From the IMG/VR virus record IMGVR_UViG_3300028591_000084: a DNA stretch of 64,000 nt; one strand, 5' to 3'. Below the pieces are notes generated by a model. That model was not told the origin of the DNA. It saw nothing but the letters and a program-made list of their open reading frames with translations, and ran no database searches. Shown here piece after piece: positions 1 to 10,415 of the stretch (the stretch's first letter is position 1; each line of letters starts with the position of its first letter). This DNA is from a virus. Taxonomy: Duplodnaviria; Caudoviricetes. The position numbers and the translations under genes are program-made.

Positions 1-57
1 TTAGAACCGATGAATGTAAAGATACCATAAAGAGGCTTAGAGATTATCTTAATAGTT

Positions 58-504
58 ATGTCCAAGAGCAAGAAAAGTAAAGAGAGACGATTAGAGAGAC
101 ATAATAAGAATATCCAGAAAGAAAAAGAGCATAAGATAAGTGCGTGGAATAATGGTAAGTTGATAGAAGAGAATAGAAATCAAGGACCATATTCACCAAC
201 CTATACTCGGGCTCTTACGGATAGATTATGTTTATATCTAAACGAAGAAAAAGAAAAGGCTAATCAGGTTGAGAGAGGGACTATTAAAATCCTAAACAAA
301 ACAACAGGGCTTCCACTCTCACCTGATGAGGTCTTTATTAGAGGATTTAGAAAATATAAAGAAAAAATTATTGATCTAATTATCTACTGGTCTCCTGAGG
401 TTCCACAAGATCTTTCTTATCAGTCACTAAAATTTCTGATGGAAGTCTATTGGGATGAGGTTATTGAAAAGAAAAATCCAGGAGCACTTAGAAAAGCCTT
501 ATGA
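58..504 (+). CDS. hypothetical protein
   Basis: 148-aa ORF with ATGA overlap with the next gene. Confidence 0.6.
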   Translation: MSKSKKSKERRLERHNKNIQKEKEHKISAWNNGKLIEENRNQGPYSPTYTRALTDRLCLYLNEEKEKANQVERGTIKILNKTTGLPLSPDEVFIRGFRKYKEKIIDLIIYWSPEVPQDLSYQSLKFLMEVYWDEVIEKKNPGALRKAL

Positions 505-956
505 TTAATACTGACATCATAATAAAGATTGAAAGACAGAGAGGCCACAAATATGATTGGCCAGAACAAACCAGAGAAATGATTAAGAGATTGAATGAAC
601 TGAAACTGGGATTTCCAGGACTAGGTAATGATCACTTATCACTAGTACCCTTTGAACAAATAAAACAAGGGGACTGGTTTATCTGGGATGAGTATATTGA
701 GTCTAAAAAAAGAGGTGATTCTGCCCCTATGATGCTTAATTGGATTGAGCCAGGGAAAGCAAGAATTGAAGGTATTGGTTGTGGGCTTGACTTGAAACGA
801 GACCCAGATAGAATTAGATATAGGTGGATGGATATAATTGATCTCCCTGAGTTAAAGGAGGGTCAGTTAGTGGTAAGGGTAGATGTCAGGCCTACATTAA
901 ATGGTGGACCTGGATATTACTACTTTTATAAGTCATATAGAGACTTTAGATATTGA
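501..956 (+). CDS. hypothetical protein
   Basis: 151-aa ORF followed by a hairpin and T-run. Confidence 0.6.
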   Translation: MINTDIIIKIERQRGHKYDWPEQTREMIKRLNELKLGFPGLGNDHLSLVPFEQIKQGDWFIWDEYIESKKRGDSAPMMLNWIEPGKARIEGIGCGLDLKRDPDRIRYRWMDIIDLPELKEGQLVVRVDVRPTLNGGPGYYYFYKSYRDFRY

Positions 957-993
957 GAGGACTTAGTTCCTCTTTTTTCATTTTCTTATTATT

Positions 994-1383
994 ATGAAGA
1001 TTGGTTTTAAGTTTGGATGGCTCAAAGACTTCTTTACTTACCTAGGATCCTTCCCTAATATCTTCAGCGAGAATAGTACTAAACTTCTCGCCCTTCTTAT
1101 TTCTGCTTTAGCTGGGGGATTTGTCATGTCTATTGTTATCCCCTTTACTTTGATTTGGGACGTAGTTACTAATGGCTATATCAAAACTAATCTAGTCGAT
1201 TATGGTATCTTTCTTGTTTCCCTTGGTGCCGTTATGGTGGGGGCATCATATAATGTCAAGGTTCCAGGTAAATTAGGAAAAGATATGGAGGACACAATGG
1301 GAAATAGGGTTAGAGAAAGAGGAAGAGGTGATAAAGGTAGAAGAAGAGCTGAAGAGTATGAGGAGGAAGAACTAGTAGGTTAA
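994..1383 (+). CDS. membrane protein with 2 TM segments and a charged C-tail (holin-like architecture)
   Basis: Two hydrophobic stretches, then an R/E-rich tail. Confidence 0.45.
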   Translation: MKIGFKFGWLKDFFTYLGSFPNIFSENSTKLLALLISALAGGFVMSIVIPFTLIWDVVTNGYIKTNLVDYGIFLVSLGAVMVGASYNVKVPGKLGKDMEDTMGNRVRERGRGDKGRRRAEEYEEEELVG

Positions 1384-1433
1384 TAAAATGAAGATTTTTC
1401 GCCTCAAGCAGTAGTAGTAGCCTTATCCTTAGT

Positions 1434-2024
1434 ATGAAGATAAGAATTTATTATGGACTTAGTGGGAGCATGAAAGGTGCTACTATTGAAAAATTAAAAG
1501 AGCCAAGCACTAAGATTATCTACTCCTTAAATAAGACGTGGAAATCTTATCAGTTTGGACTTTTTGAAGGACGTACAGAATATAACGACTTGAATTATGG
1601 AATCCTACACATGATTCAACTTAGGTTAGCGATGGAAGAAAGAAATTGGACAAACCTTATTGTTGAAAGAGGAATATCAGACTTTGCTTTCTATCATTAT
1701 TACAACAATCTGAAACAAGATCCTGAAATTGATTTTGTTACGTCCTTGGTAAGTGCAGAGCGTAATTTATTACTGCCAGACTTTCTAGGAGAAGCTGAGA
1801 AAATACTTCTAATTCAGAAAGATCAAAATTTCGTTAAGGATATTGTCCTTAAAGATGAATATAGAAAAAGAACGTTTAATGATAATCCCGATCTTTACTT
1901 TGAACTCCAAGAAAAGTATGTGGAGTTTACAAAAAAGTTTAATGATATAAGTGAGATCATTGAGATTACTAATGCCAAGGATTATATAATAAACGTCCTT
2001 GGTACAAGTTGGAATGAGGTTTAG
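1434..2024 (+). CDS. NMP/dNMP-kinase-like P-loop protein with an atypical Walker A
   Basis: N-terminal IYYGLSGSMKG and downstream IVERGISD, as in thymidylate/deoxynucleoside kinases. Confidence 0.5.
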   Translation: MKIRIYYGLSGSMKGATIEKLKEPSTKIIYSLNKTWKSYQFGLFEGRTEYNDLNYGILHMIQLRLAMEERNWTNLIVERGISDFAFYHYYNNLKQDPEIDFVTSLVSAERNLLLPDFLGEAEKILLIQKDQNFVKDIVLKDEYRKRTFNDNPDLYFELQEKYVEFTKKFNDISEIIEITNAKDYIINVLGTSWNEV

Positions 2025-2053
2025 TAAATAAACAAATAAAATCAAATCTTTAT

Positions 2054-5000
2054 ATGAAAGTAATAAAACGAAACGGTGAACTAGAAAAGTTCAGTATCAG
2101 AAAAATGACTACGGCCGTTGCTAAGGCTTATAAGGCCTGTAAAACGACATTCACTAGGGAAACTCAGAAGGAGCTGAAGATAGAATTCTCTGAGGCAGTT
2201 GAGGGAGTTGAAATTATCAGTGTTGATGAGATCCATGATTTTGTAGAGAACTTTCTCATGAAGAATAATCCCGATGTGGCAAAAGCGTATATCATTCATA
2301 GAGATGATCATACGAGAATAAAAGAATTCGTTAAAGGGAAAATTGATTTTATAAATAAATATAAGAAAACAAAAAATACCGCTGATGCAACTGTTGATGA
2401 TAACAGTAATGTTGGCGGGAAAAACATTGGAATACTTAATGCAGAAATTCACAAAGAAGACAATATAAATGTCTCTAGAGGAATGATAATGCAAAAGTTA
2501 AAAGAGCTTTATCCAGATTTCGATTCAAAGCAATATGTAACTGACCTGGAGTCTAAAATAATCTATAAGCATGATGAAAGCTCGTTTAGTGGTGCTATCG
2601 CTCCTTATACTTATTCAGCAAAAGAGGTAATAACGGTAAAATATAATGAACATATTCTACTATTACCATTCGATGCATTGTGGGACATGGTAGAAGAAGA
2701 GGAAGTTCTTGTAGATAATAAAAATACCGTGTATCAAAAATATCCTGAGAATCTTTATGTATTAGATAAGAACGGATGGACAAATGTAACTCACATTACT
2801 AAAAAATTAAGACATAGAGAGCTTGTAAGAGTTAAAACTTCTTTTGGAGAAGATATTATTGTAACAGATAATCATCCAATGATTATTAGTGAAAATATCG
2901 GCGAAACCGTACCTGCTCAAGATTCCTTAGGAGAAAAACAGTATAAGCTTGGAGACAAAGGAATGTTTGGGGTGTCCAAAAGCACGGTAGTAGACATGTC
3001 ACAATGTAATATTACATCTGAATGTACTGATACTTATTGTTTTAATCAGAATGAACACACAAATTGTTGGTGCAAACGTACAGTTGAGCTTAATTGGGAC
3101 TTAGGGTATTTTGTAGGATTTTTTATAGGAGACGGTAATTATGATAATACCGATGGTCATATACACTTTACTCAAAATGATAGACAAATTCTGCTAAATT
3201 TAAATTCTATAATATTTAAATCGTTAGGAATTGGTGGTAGACTTTATACAAAAAAAGATATTGCAAACTGTTATACGTTAGATATTACTAGTAATTATTT
3301 AAATTGGTTACTAAAAGATTATTTCAAAATCCAGGACAAGGCGTATAATAAAACATTACCATTCAACATCTATGAAACTAATGAAGAATTCGCGAAAGGT
3401 ATACTATGTGGTTTAATAGATTCGGATGGAACAGTTAATGGGTCCCAATTAAGCATTCGACTATCTTCTAGAAGCGCCATACTTCAATGTACCCATTTAT
3501 TGAGACATTTTGGCTATGGCGTCGGAAATACCAAACAATCTTTACCATTTAACTGCAACAAAAAATATAAAATAAATTATTCTTTGTGGGGGGTTAATTG
3601 TTCAGTCAGAAAAGATTCCATTAATCTCGGAAATTCCTATAAATTACAAAATGTACAAACATCAGATTCTTCATTAAAATATAAAATAGATGGAATAACT
3701 AAGATTATTAATGTAGAAAAATTATCAGAAGAAGACAGTTTTGTAAAAAATAATGAATTTATATATGATATAACTACTTCTTCGCACACTTTTGCTTTAA
3801 ATAATATACTTGTGCATAATTGCTGCAGTATTACAATGTATCCATTCTTAACAGATGGAATAAAAAAAGTAGGTGGGCTGTCTGCAAAACCGAAGAACCT
3901 TGATTCTTTTTGCGGGATGTATGTAAATCTGATTTTTGCTACAAGTGCCCAATTCGCAGGCGCCGTGGCCACGTCAGAGCTGCTTCTTTACTTCGATTTC
4001 TTCTCAAGAAAAGAGTGGGGTGAAGATTATTATAAAAAGGCAGACGTAGAAATAACTAATGATCATAGTCTGAGACCTATGACTATTAGAAAAAAGATTC
4101 ATCAGCATTTTCAGCAGATCATATACTCCATCAATCAACCTGCTGCAGCACGAGGACTTCAGAGTGCATTTGTAAATTTTAGCTACTTTGATAAACCATT
4201 CTTCGAAGGAATGTTCGGAGATTTCTACTTTCCAGATGGAACAAAGCCGGTATGGGAAAGTTTCTGCTGGTTACAGAAAGATTTTATGATGTGGTTTAAT
4301 GAAGAGAGAACTAAATGTATGCTCACTTTCCCGGTTGAATCTTTTGCCTTAGTTTACAAAGATGGAGAATTTTTGGATAAAGATAGTGCAGATTTCGTAT
4401 CAGAAGAGTATTCCAGAGGTCACTCATTCTTTACATATATTAGCGACACTGTAGATAGTCTATCTTCTTGTTGTTTTACAAAGGATACTAAGGTACTTTG
4501 GAAATCTTCTACCTTGGGAGTACAGCTATCTACATTTGAAGAGATGTATAAGGAGCCAAGTGAGAAGAGCCTTAGGATCTTTCATAATGGTAGTTGGGTA
4601 TCTGGAAAGCCTATAAAGTTAAAGAATAGGAAAATGTACAAGGTCACCACTGCTAATCGTAAGGAATTTTATATGACTGATAATCATATAAACGTAACTT
4701 ATGATGGAGAGAAAACAACTTCGGAACTTACTACAGATGATTTTTTGATGTTTAACACAGCCCCCTTGCAAGCGGTACCTGAACAGGATGAAAAACTATC
4801 ATACGCCCAGGGATTTGCTGTAGGAGCTTTCTTAAGGGACGGAAGTTTTGGACCTAAGAATGAAAGTGCGCTAGTTGACTTTATTCAGAAATGGACTCTT
4901 TGGTCAGAAGAAGCTTGTGTATCATTAAATCTAGATTGTCTACTGCAATCTTATGAATTTAGAAAGGGAATACTAGATGGATATAGTGCAGGTGAAGATA

Positions 5001-6515
5001 AGTGTTATACTACTTCCGAAAGTCTAAAGAATTGTATGGAGGTTTTAATCACTTCCCTGGGAATTAATACCACTATAGATGAGACGTCTGATAGAGAAGG
5101 ACAAGGATGGTGTATTAATCTGTGTAATGAAAGAGCCGTGGAAGGAGTCTCTCGGTGGAAGAACAATAGCCAATATTTTAAGGTAATTGACATCGAGGAG
5201 GTTGAATACCAAGATGAAGTTTATTGTGTTGAGCGTGACAATTCTAGTGATCCATATTTCACTCTTCCTTCTGGATTAATCACACATAATTGTAGATTGA
5301 AAAATAAAGTACAGACTAAAGAGTTCAATTTCACAAATGGTAATATGGGAGTACAAACAGGAAGTAAGTCTGTTATTACTCTGAATTTAAGCAGAATTGT
5401 TCAGGATTGGGCAAAAAATTTTGAGGATCTTCCTAAACAGTTAGATGGTTCATTCAGTGATTATCTTAATGAAATCCTTGAGAGAGTCTATAAGTATCAT
5501 ATTGCCTACAACGAACTTCTTTGGGATATGTATGATTCTGGACTGTTACCTGTATATAAAGCTGGATTTATAAACCTAGATAAGCAATATTTAACTATTG
5601 GTATTAACGGTCTTAATCAAGCAGCAGAGTTTCTCGGTCTTCAGTGTAATGATAATGAAGATTATAAGCGCTTTTGTCAGTTTATATTTGGTACAATAAA
5701 AGATGCTAATACAAATAAGAACGGAAAGTATTTTGGTCATACAGTTACACTTAATACCGAATGTGTTCCCGCTGAATCTTTAGCTATTAAGAACTACAAC
5801 TGGGATAAAGAAGATGGATTAGAACCAATGTCCATCTAAAACCTCACTTAATTGACTCGAAACTCCCTATGGCTATGGCTATGGGACAACGAGGGGCAAG
5901 CAATAACAATAATGTTATGTGCAGCCTGAGAGACTAAATAGAGAGGGCTTCTGTTGTGAAATAGAAGTATGCAATAGTCCGAACTCTATGGTAATATAGA
6001 GAGTATGATAGAAATATTATACCGCTTACTAATAAAATTAATTAACCTTATTAGTAAGTCTTCTCCCTGTACAACGGGGGAGAGCGTAACAGAATGATTG
6101 GGTTCCAGAAGATACTAATCTTTATGCATCTTATATTTATAAACCAAATGATAAGTCCCTGTCTATTCTTGAAAAGTTAACACTTCACGGAAAAGACTAT
6201 ATTGGGGAGTATCTTGATGGCGGAAGTGCAGCTCATATTAATATCGATCATCACTTTAGCAAGGAACAGTATAACAAGCTACTCCATTTTATTGCTGAAG
6301 TTGGTTGTCAGTATTTCACATTTAATTGTGTGAATTCTGAGTGTGAAGACTGTGGGTATATTAGTAAAGAGCCATTTGATGTTTGCCCGAAGTGTGGTAG
6401 CCATAATATTAATTATTATGATAGAATTATCGGCTATTTGACAAAGATTAAAAACTGGTCAAGCGGGCGACAGATTGAACAAAAGACTCGTGTTTATAGT
6501 AACGATATAGAATAA
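2054..6515 (+). CDS. nrdD: anaerobic (class III) ribonucleotide reductase NrdD; join(2054..5819,6097..6515); two inteins
   Basis: ATP-cone (VIKRNG), YKHD, SSCCRL and TECVPAESL motifs. Splicing restores WDKEDG-Y-WVP in frame (4185 nt). Exon 2 carries CxxC..CxxC and the glycyl-radical RIIGYL. Confidence 0.95.
2609..3820 (+). mobile_element. intein 1 in NrdD (404 aa) with LAGLIDADG homing endonuclease; begins with Thr
   Basis: APY|TYSAKEV...VTDNHP...YDITTSSHTFALNNILVHN|CCSITMYP; motifs LGYFVGFFIGDG and ILCGLIDSDG. Confidence 0.9.
4472..5290 (+). mobile_element. intein 2 in NrdD (273 aa) with degenerate endonuclease remnant
   Basis: SLSSC|CFTKDTKV...MTDNH...VYCVE...GLITHN|CRL; eroded AVGAFLRDG and ILDGY motifs. 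Confidence 0.9.
5820..6096 (+). mobile_element. group I intron in nrdD (277 nt, no homing endonuclease ORF)
   Basis: P1 agatggaT/Gtccatct with U.G at the splice site; P10 ccaat/attgg; P7 gagacta/tagtcc; terminal G at 6096; removal restores the frame. Confidence 0.93.
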
Positions 6516-6521
6516 TCCAGT

Positions 6522-6773
6522 ATGAAAATATTAAAATTTTATGCCGAATGGTGTGGGCCTTGTAAACAATTAACAAAAACTATTGAAGAGTTTAAGGATC
6601 TACATCCAGAGGTTGAGTTTGAATCTATTAATGCAGAGGATAGTGAGGATCTTGTTGAAAAATATGGGATACGAAATGTTCCTGTATTAATAAAGCTCGT
6701 CGATGGTGTTGAGGTTTCAAGATTCCACGGTATTCTGTGTTTAGCAGATTTAGAAAAGTTTGTTCTAGAGTAA
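6522..6773 (+). CDS. trxA: thioredoxin
   Basis: WCGPC active site and cis-Pro motif RNVP. Confidence 0.9.
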   Translation: MKILKFYAEWCGPCKQLTKTIEEFKDLHPEVEFESINAEDSEDLVEKYGIRNVPVLIKLVDGVEVSRFHGILCLADLEKFVLE

Positions 6774-6775
6774 CA

Positions 6776-7237
6776 ATGAAATATACAGAAACAGAGGTAG
6801 TATTTAAAGAGGTACCTGACGAAATAGCACTAGCTATTAATATTTCAGGGTGTCCAATCCACTGTCCAGGATGTCATAGTAAATATCTCTGGGAAGACGT
6901 TGGGGAGGAATTAACAGAATCGGTTTTGGAAAAACTGATAAAAAAGAACCATGGAATCTCCTGTATATCTTTTATGGGAGGTGATGCCACACCCCAGGAA
7001 ATAAATAAACTAGCAAGGTATGTAAAGTCTAAGTTTCCTAATATAAAAGTGGCCTGGTATAGTGGACGGGAGAAGATTTCGGAAGAGATCGATCTCAAGA
7101 ACTTTGATTTTATTAAGATAGGACCTTATCTAGATGATGGAGGACTTATTAATAAAAATACCAATCAAATCTTTTATCAAGTTTTAGATTCAGGTAATAC
7201 TCTTGTGGATATTACTGATAAGTTCTATACGGAATAA
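6776..7237 (+). CDS. nrdG: class III RNR activase (radical SAM)
   Basis: GCPIHCPGCHS (CxxxCxxC), FMGGD and KIGPY; adjacent to nrdD. Confidence 0.92.
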   Translation: MKYTETEVVFKEVPDEIALAINISGCPIHCPGCHSKYLWEDVGEELTESVLEKLIKKNHGISCISFMGGDATPQEINKLARYVKSKFPNIKVAWYSGREKISEEIDLKNFDFIKIGPYLDDGGLINKNTNQIFYQVLDSGNTLVDITDKFYTE

Positions 7238-7245
7238 AACTTAAC

Positions 7246-7279
7246 GGGCAGGCGATTGCAATTTTAGTGATCCCTGCCC
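7246..7279 (+). terminator. stem-loop after the nrd operon
   Basis: gggcagg...cctgccc inverted repeat. Confidence 0.5.
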
Positions 7280-7295
7280 TCTATTTAAATTGATT

Positions 7296-7691
7296 ATGAA
7301 AAATAATAGAGACCAAAGTGAGATGACTGATCAGTTGTTGAAATTTAGAAAGACATCAATAGGAAAGTATGTTGTTTACATAGTTTTTCCAACTAATCAG
7401 AAAGATGATAGTGTTAGTTCAGTTTGTATAGCTTGGCCAAAAATTAAATTTGATAAGGAGGCCACTGATTTTTTCATTAGAAGTATGCTTGAGAACTATA
7501 GCTTTTCTGGCGTCATTAATATCAACCAAAGTCATGAAATTTGGGATAAGATTCTGCATAATAGATCTTCCCACCCGACCTATTATCGATTTAAATCAAA
7601 GTCAGGAGATTCAGAGCAAGTGATTGTTGAAGCCTGTATTATTAAATCTTTGGATGAGGCAAATACTAACTTCGTCACTGAACAGCTCTAA
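7296..7691 (+). CDS. hypothetical protein
   Basis: ORF of about 130 aa. Confidence 0.55.
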   Translation: MKNNRDQSEMTDQLLKFRKTSIGKYVVYIVFPTNQKDDSVSSVCIAWPKIKFDKEATDFFIRSMLENYSFSGVININQSHEIWDKILHNRSSHPTYYRFKSKSGDSEQVIVEACIIKSLDEANTNFVTEQL

Positions 7692-7708
7692 TCCTTACTT
7701 TTGATATT

Positions 7709-8101
7709 ATGGTATATTATGTAATTGAACTTGATGGATTGAAATGTACGATTAAAGATCGTAGTAGACCATCTTTAGTTATAGGAAAATCATTTAGAAA
7801 AAGTTTTTTGGTTATCTTAAGTAAGAACCGTCTACCATGCGAACCACTAGGTCTTGTAGAGAAGTGTTTATCAGTTTCTCCTGATTATTTATTGGAGGCA
7901 TGGAGGCATCGCATTCGTTTTCAACGAGTTAATTGCTGGACATTAGAGGAAGATTATGTTTCAGATAAACTTTGGTTTTTTATATCTCCAATTATTCTTA
8001 ATAAATTAGATAAACGAAAATTAACCTTTAAGGTGCTCTATAATTACGTTAGAGAGAAAAAGATATTAGTAGGTTTTTCTACTACAATTGCTGTTCTGTA
8101 A
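7709..8101 (+). CDS. paralog family P1, copy 1
   Basis: Shared LVILS and DxRKLTFxxL(W/Y) motifs. Confidence 0.6.
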   Translation: MVYYVIELDGLKCTIKDRSRPSLVIGKSFRKSFLVILSKNRLPCEPLGLVEKCLSVSPDYLLEAWRHRIRFQRVNCWTLEEDYVSDKLWFFISPIILNKLDKRKLTFKVLYNYVREKKILVGFSTTIAVL

Positions 8102-8463
8102 TGTTTTTTACCTTAGTAAACATTATTGATTCAGATATTGAAGAAAGGACTGTACGCCCTGGTCGTTATTATTGGAAGTTAGTAGTATTAAGTCAAAGAA
8201 GTATACCAGAAAATTGCAAGGCACTAGTTCATATGTGCCTTGATGGTAGTATTCCCAGCCGTCATCTATATCGGCGTGGTATTATGGAAGTTTTCTCTGA
8301 AGATCTGTTTTCTTATGAGAGTCTTCCTGTGATTAACGGGGCAGTAAGGCCGTTCTTAGATCCTAGGAAACTAACATTTAGGCTTCTTTGGAAATTTATA
8401 ATAAATCAACCTAATAAATATTTCAGAAGTCAGAAGCACTTTGTCTTCATCACATGTATCTAA
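8101..8463 (+). CDS. paralog family P1, copy 2
   Basis: LVVLSQ...DPRKLTFRLLWKFI. Confidence 0.6.
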   Translation: MFFTLVNIIDSDIEERTVRPGRYYWKLVVLSQRSIPENCKALVHMCLDGSIPSRHLYRRGIMEVFSEDLFSYESLPVINGAVRPFLDPRKLTFRLLWKFIINQPNKYFRSQKHFVFITCI

Positions 8464-8849
8464 GTTTAATAGGATTATATGGGATTAAGTATGAAGAAGG
8501 TTTTATAGTGGAGTCTGCACCGCCCACGCAGATTTTAGTTATTTTTAGTCGGAAACCAGTACCTCAGGACCCTTTGCACGTAATTGAAAAAGCATTGAAA
8601 ATAGGAGGGCCAGTTTATCGCCTAAAATTAAAAAGCTTTAGAAGACGGGTAAGATGTATGAGGCTTAATGATCAAATTTTCGGAGATGAGGCTACGACTG
8701 ATAGTTCTGGTTTGTATTGGAGATGCTTTCTTTATAATTTAAGATCTAAAGTCGATCTTCAAAAAATGACCTATGATTTTCTCTGGGGATGGATTAAGAA
8801 GCGTGGCGGTCTTTTATATGGCCGTTATTCTATTTATGTTAGTCTCTGA
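8454..8849 (+). CDS. paralog family P1, copy 3
   Basis: LVIFSR...DLQKMTYDFLWGWI. Confidence 0.6.
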   Translation: MYLSLIGLYGIKYEEGFIVESAPPTQILVIFSRKPVPQDPLHVIEKALKIGGPVYRLKLKSFRRRVRCMRLNDQIFGDEATTDSSGLYWRCFLYNLRSKVDLQKMTYDFLWGWIKKRGGLLYGRYSIYVSL

Positions 8850-9239
8850 ATGTTTTTAACTAAATTGAGCCTTTTTGGATTTAGTATTGAGTCAAATAAT
8901 CTCACTTTAAGTAATTATCGCGGTGTAGAATTAGTCATTCTCAGTCAGGAGTCTTTAGGAGATCGTATAACAACTCTTGATGAACTTTTTGACGTAACAC
9001 CAGCGGGCTATTTTAGAGATAATATAGAAAAATCAAAAATTTGGTTTTATAATAAATATGTTGAAGATACAGACTTCATATATTCTTCCTTAGGCCCACT
9101 AAGATGGGAAGCTATATTCGGCAATTTGGTTTCTTGCCTTGATAAAAGAAAGTTAACATATAGAAGTCTCTGGAGATGGATAAACAGGAAGCCAAACAAC
9201 AGGTTTTTCACGAGTATATATATTTTCCTTAGTATATAA
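8850..9239 (+). CDS. paralog family P1, copy 4
   Basis: LVILSQ...DKRKLTYRSLWRWI. Confidence 0.6.
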   Translation: MFLTKLSLFGFSIESNNLTLSNYRGVELVILSQESLGDRITTLDELFDVTPAGYFRDNIEKSKIWFYNKYVEDTDFIYSSLGPLRWEAIFGNLVSCLDKRKLTYRSLWRWINRKPNNRFFTSIYIFLSI

Positions 9240-9240
9240 T

Positions 9241-9621
9241 ATGTTTTTAAGTACATTAGTGCTTACTGGTTTTGAAGTTGATTGCAATAATATATTAGTG
9301 ATGAAACATGATTACTATACATGGGATTTATATGTTTTCAGCCAAGATCCTATCTTTGATGATCTAGAGTTTGTTGTTGGAAAAATTTTTAAAGAACCTT
9401 TATGTATACAAAATAAAAGATGTATATCTTATGTATTTTTAAATAGGCCAGTTCTGGAAGAGAACTTTTTGATTAATGATTATCCCTGTCTTTTTAGATT
9501 TAAAGGGTGTGATCTATCAAAAGCAACATATAAATTCTTCTGGAAATATTTAAAAAGGCAGAGTGGATTTTTGACTATATCTCGTGGTACTTTTGCAATT
9601 TTTGAAAATGTTGTTATATAA
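9241..9621 (+). CDS. paralog family P1, copy 5
   Basis: LYVFSQ...DLSKATYKFFWKYL. Confidence 0.6.
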   Translation: MFLSTLVLTGFEVDCNNILVMKHDYYTWDLYVFSQDPIFDDLEFVVGKIFKEPLCIQNKRCISYVFLNRPVLEENFLINDYPCLFRFKGCDLSKATYKFFWKYLKRQSGFLTISRGTFAIFENVVI

Positions 9622-9696
9622 AAGCGTAATTCTACTTAGAGGGTTTATGCCCTCTTTTTTTACTACTCCTGAAATCCCGTCAAAACCTTATATATG

Positions 9697-9860
9697 TAAT
9701 AGATGGGTTAGTGGCTCATGTTCTGAGCCGAGTCCCGAGGATAGGCGTTATGATCCCTATAGACCTCAAAACGAAATATAAGTCAGCGACCCCGCAAGCA
9801 CTGGCCACGATCCGGAAGTAGGATGCGCGCCGCAGCTATTTGGCCGCTGGCTTTTTTTTT
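9697..9860 (+). ncRNA. candidate structured ncRNA (about 160 nt)
   Basis: GC-rich island between a promoter-like CCTTATATATG and a U-run; helices ggctca/tgagcc, gagg..atagg/cctat..cctc and agtcagcg/cgctggct. Confidence 0.55.
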
Positions 9861-9868
9861 ATTTTTGT

Positions 9869-9889
9869 CCCCTCAATTCTTTATTATTG
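9869..9889 (+). promoter_or_regulatory. phage promoter motif CCCYTN4TCYTTAYTATTG (leaderless start)
   Basis: cccctcaattctttattattg; ATG at 9891. Confidence 0.65.
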
Positions 9890-9890
9890 T

Positions 9891-10382
9891 ATGAAACTAA
9901 ATAAAGAATTTATTGTATATGGAAAAATAATAGACTCAAAGAAATTTATTAAACCCCATAATGGACTGAACCAGTTCATAAACAAACCTGACGGAGGCCT
10001 ATGGGCTTCACCGACGGATTCGGGATGGGGTTGGCGTGATTGGTGTGAATCGGAGGATTATCCGATTACACTAGATGTATGGACAAGGTTTAAGTTAGTT
10101 CCAGAAGCAAGGATCTTAGAAATTCATTGCTTAGATCATCTCAGAGATGTCTTCAGTCGATATGGACGACGACATCCACGACTTGGAATGGTAGTCTTAG
10201 ACTGGAATCTCTTGAGAAATCACTATGACGCAGTGTTCTTGAGTGAACAAGGAAATAACGAGTGTCACCTTCCAATGGAACCAAGTGCGCCAGATCTTAA
10301 TGGTTGGGATTGCGAATGTCTCTTAGTACTAAATATAACAAAAATATTAGTGACAAAAGAATCTGACCAGAAAAGAAAATAA
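9891..10382 (+). CDS. putative ADP-ribosyltransferase-fold protein
   Basis: Motif order IVYG...GGLWAS...HYDAV...WDCECLLVLN resembles the ART core strands with a terminal acidic residue; start re-assigned to ATG 9891. Confidence 0.45.
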   Translation: MKLNKEFIVYGKIIDSKKFIKPHNGLNQFINKPDGGLWASPTDSGWGWRDWCESEDYPITLDVWTRFKLVPEARILEIHCLDHLRDVFSRYGRRHPRLGMVVLDWNLLRNHYDAVFLSEQGNNECHLPMEPSAPDLNGWDCECLLVLNITKILVTKESDQKRK

Positions 10383-10415
10383 TAGAAGAGAGACTAGATC
10401 TCTTTTCTTTTTTGT

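Noticed and set aside
5867-5884. (ctatgg)3 microsatellite
   Set aside because: It lies in a peripheral loop of the nrdD intron and is probably neutral slippage
6330-6515. Independent small zinc-ribbon gene
   Set aside because: In frame with nrdD exon 2 starting at 6097
9720-9780. Hammerhead or SRP RNA identity for the 9.7-kb ncRNA
   Set aside because: CUGAGCCGA does not match CUGAnGA, and the SRP CAGG/AGCA loop is not conserved; left as unknown
9840-9890. Upstream extension of ORF 9840..10382 (similarly 13972..14043 and 13518..13586)
   Set aside because: These extensions run through terminator, promoter or overlapping gene sequence; internal ATGs fit better
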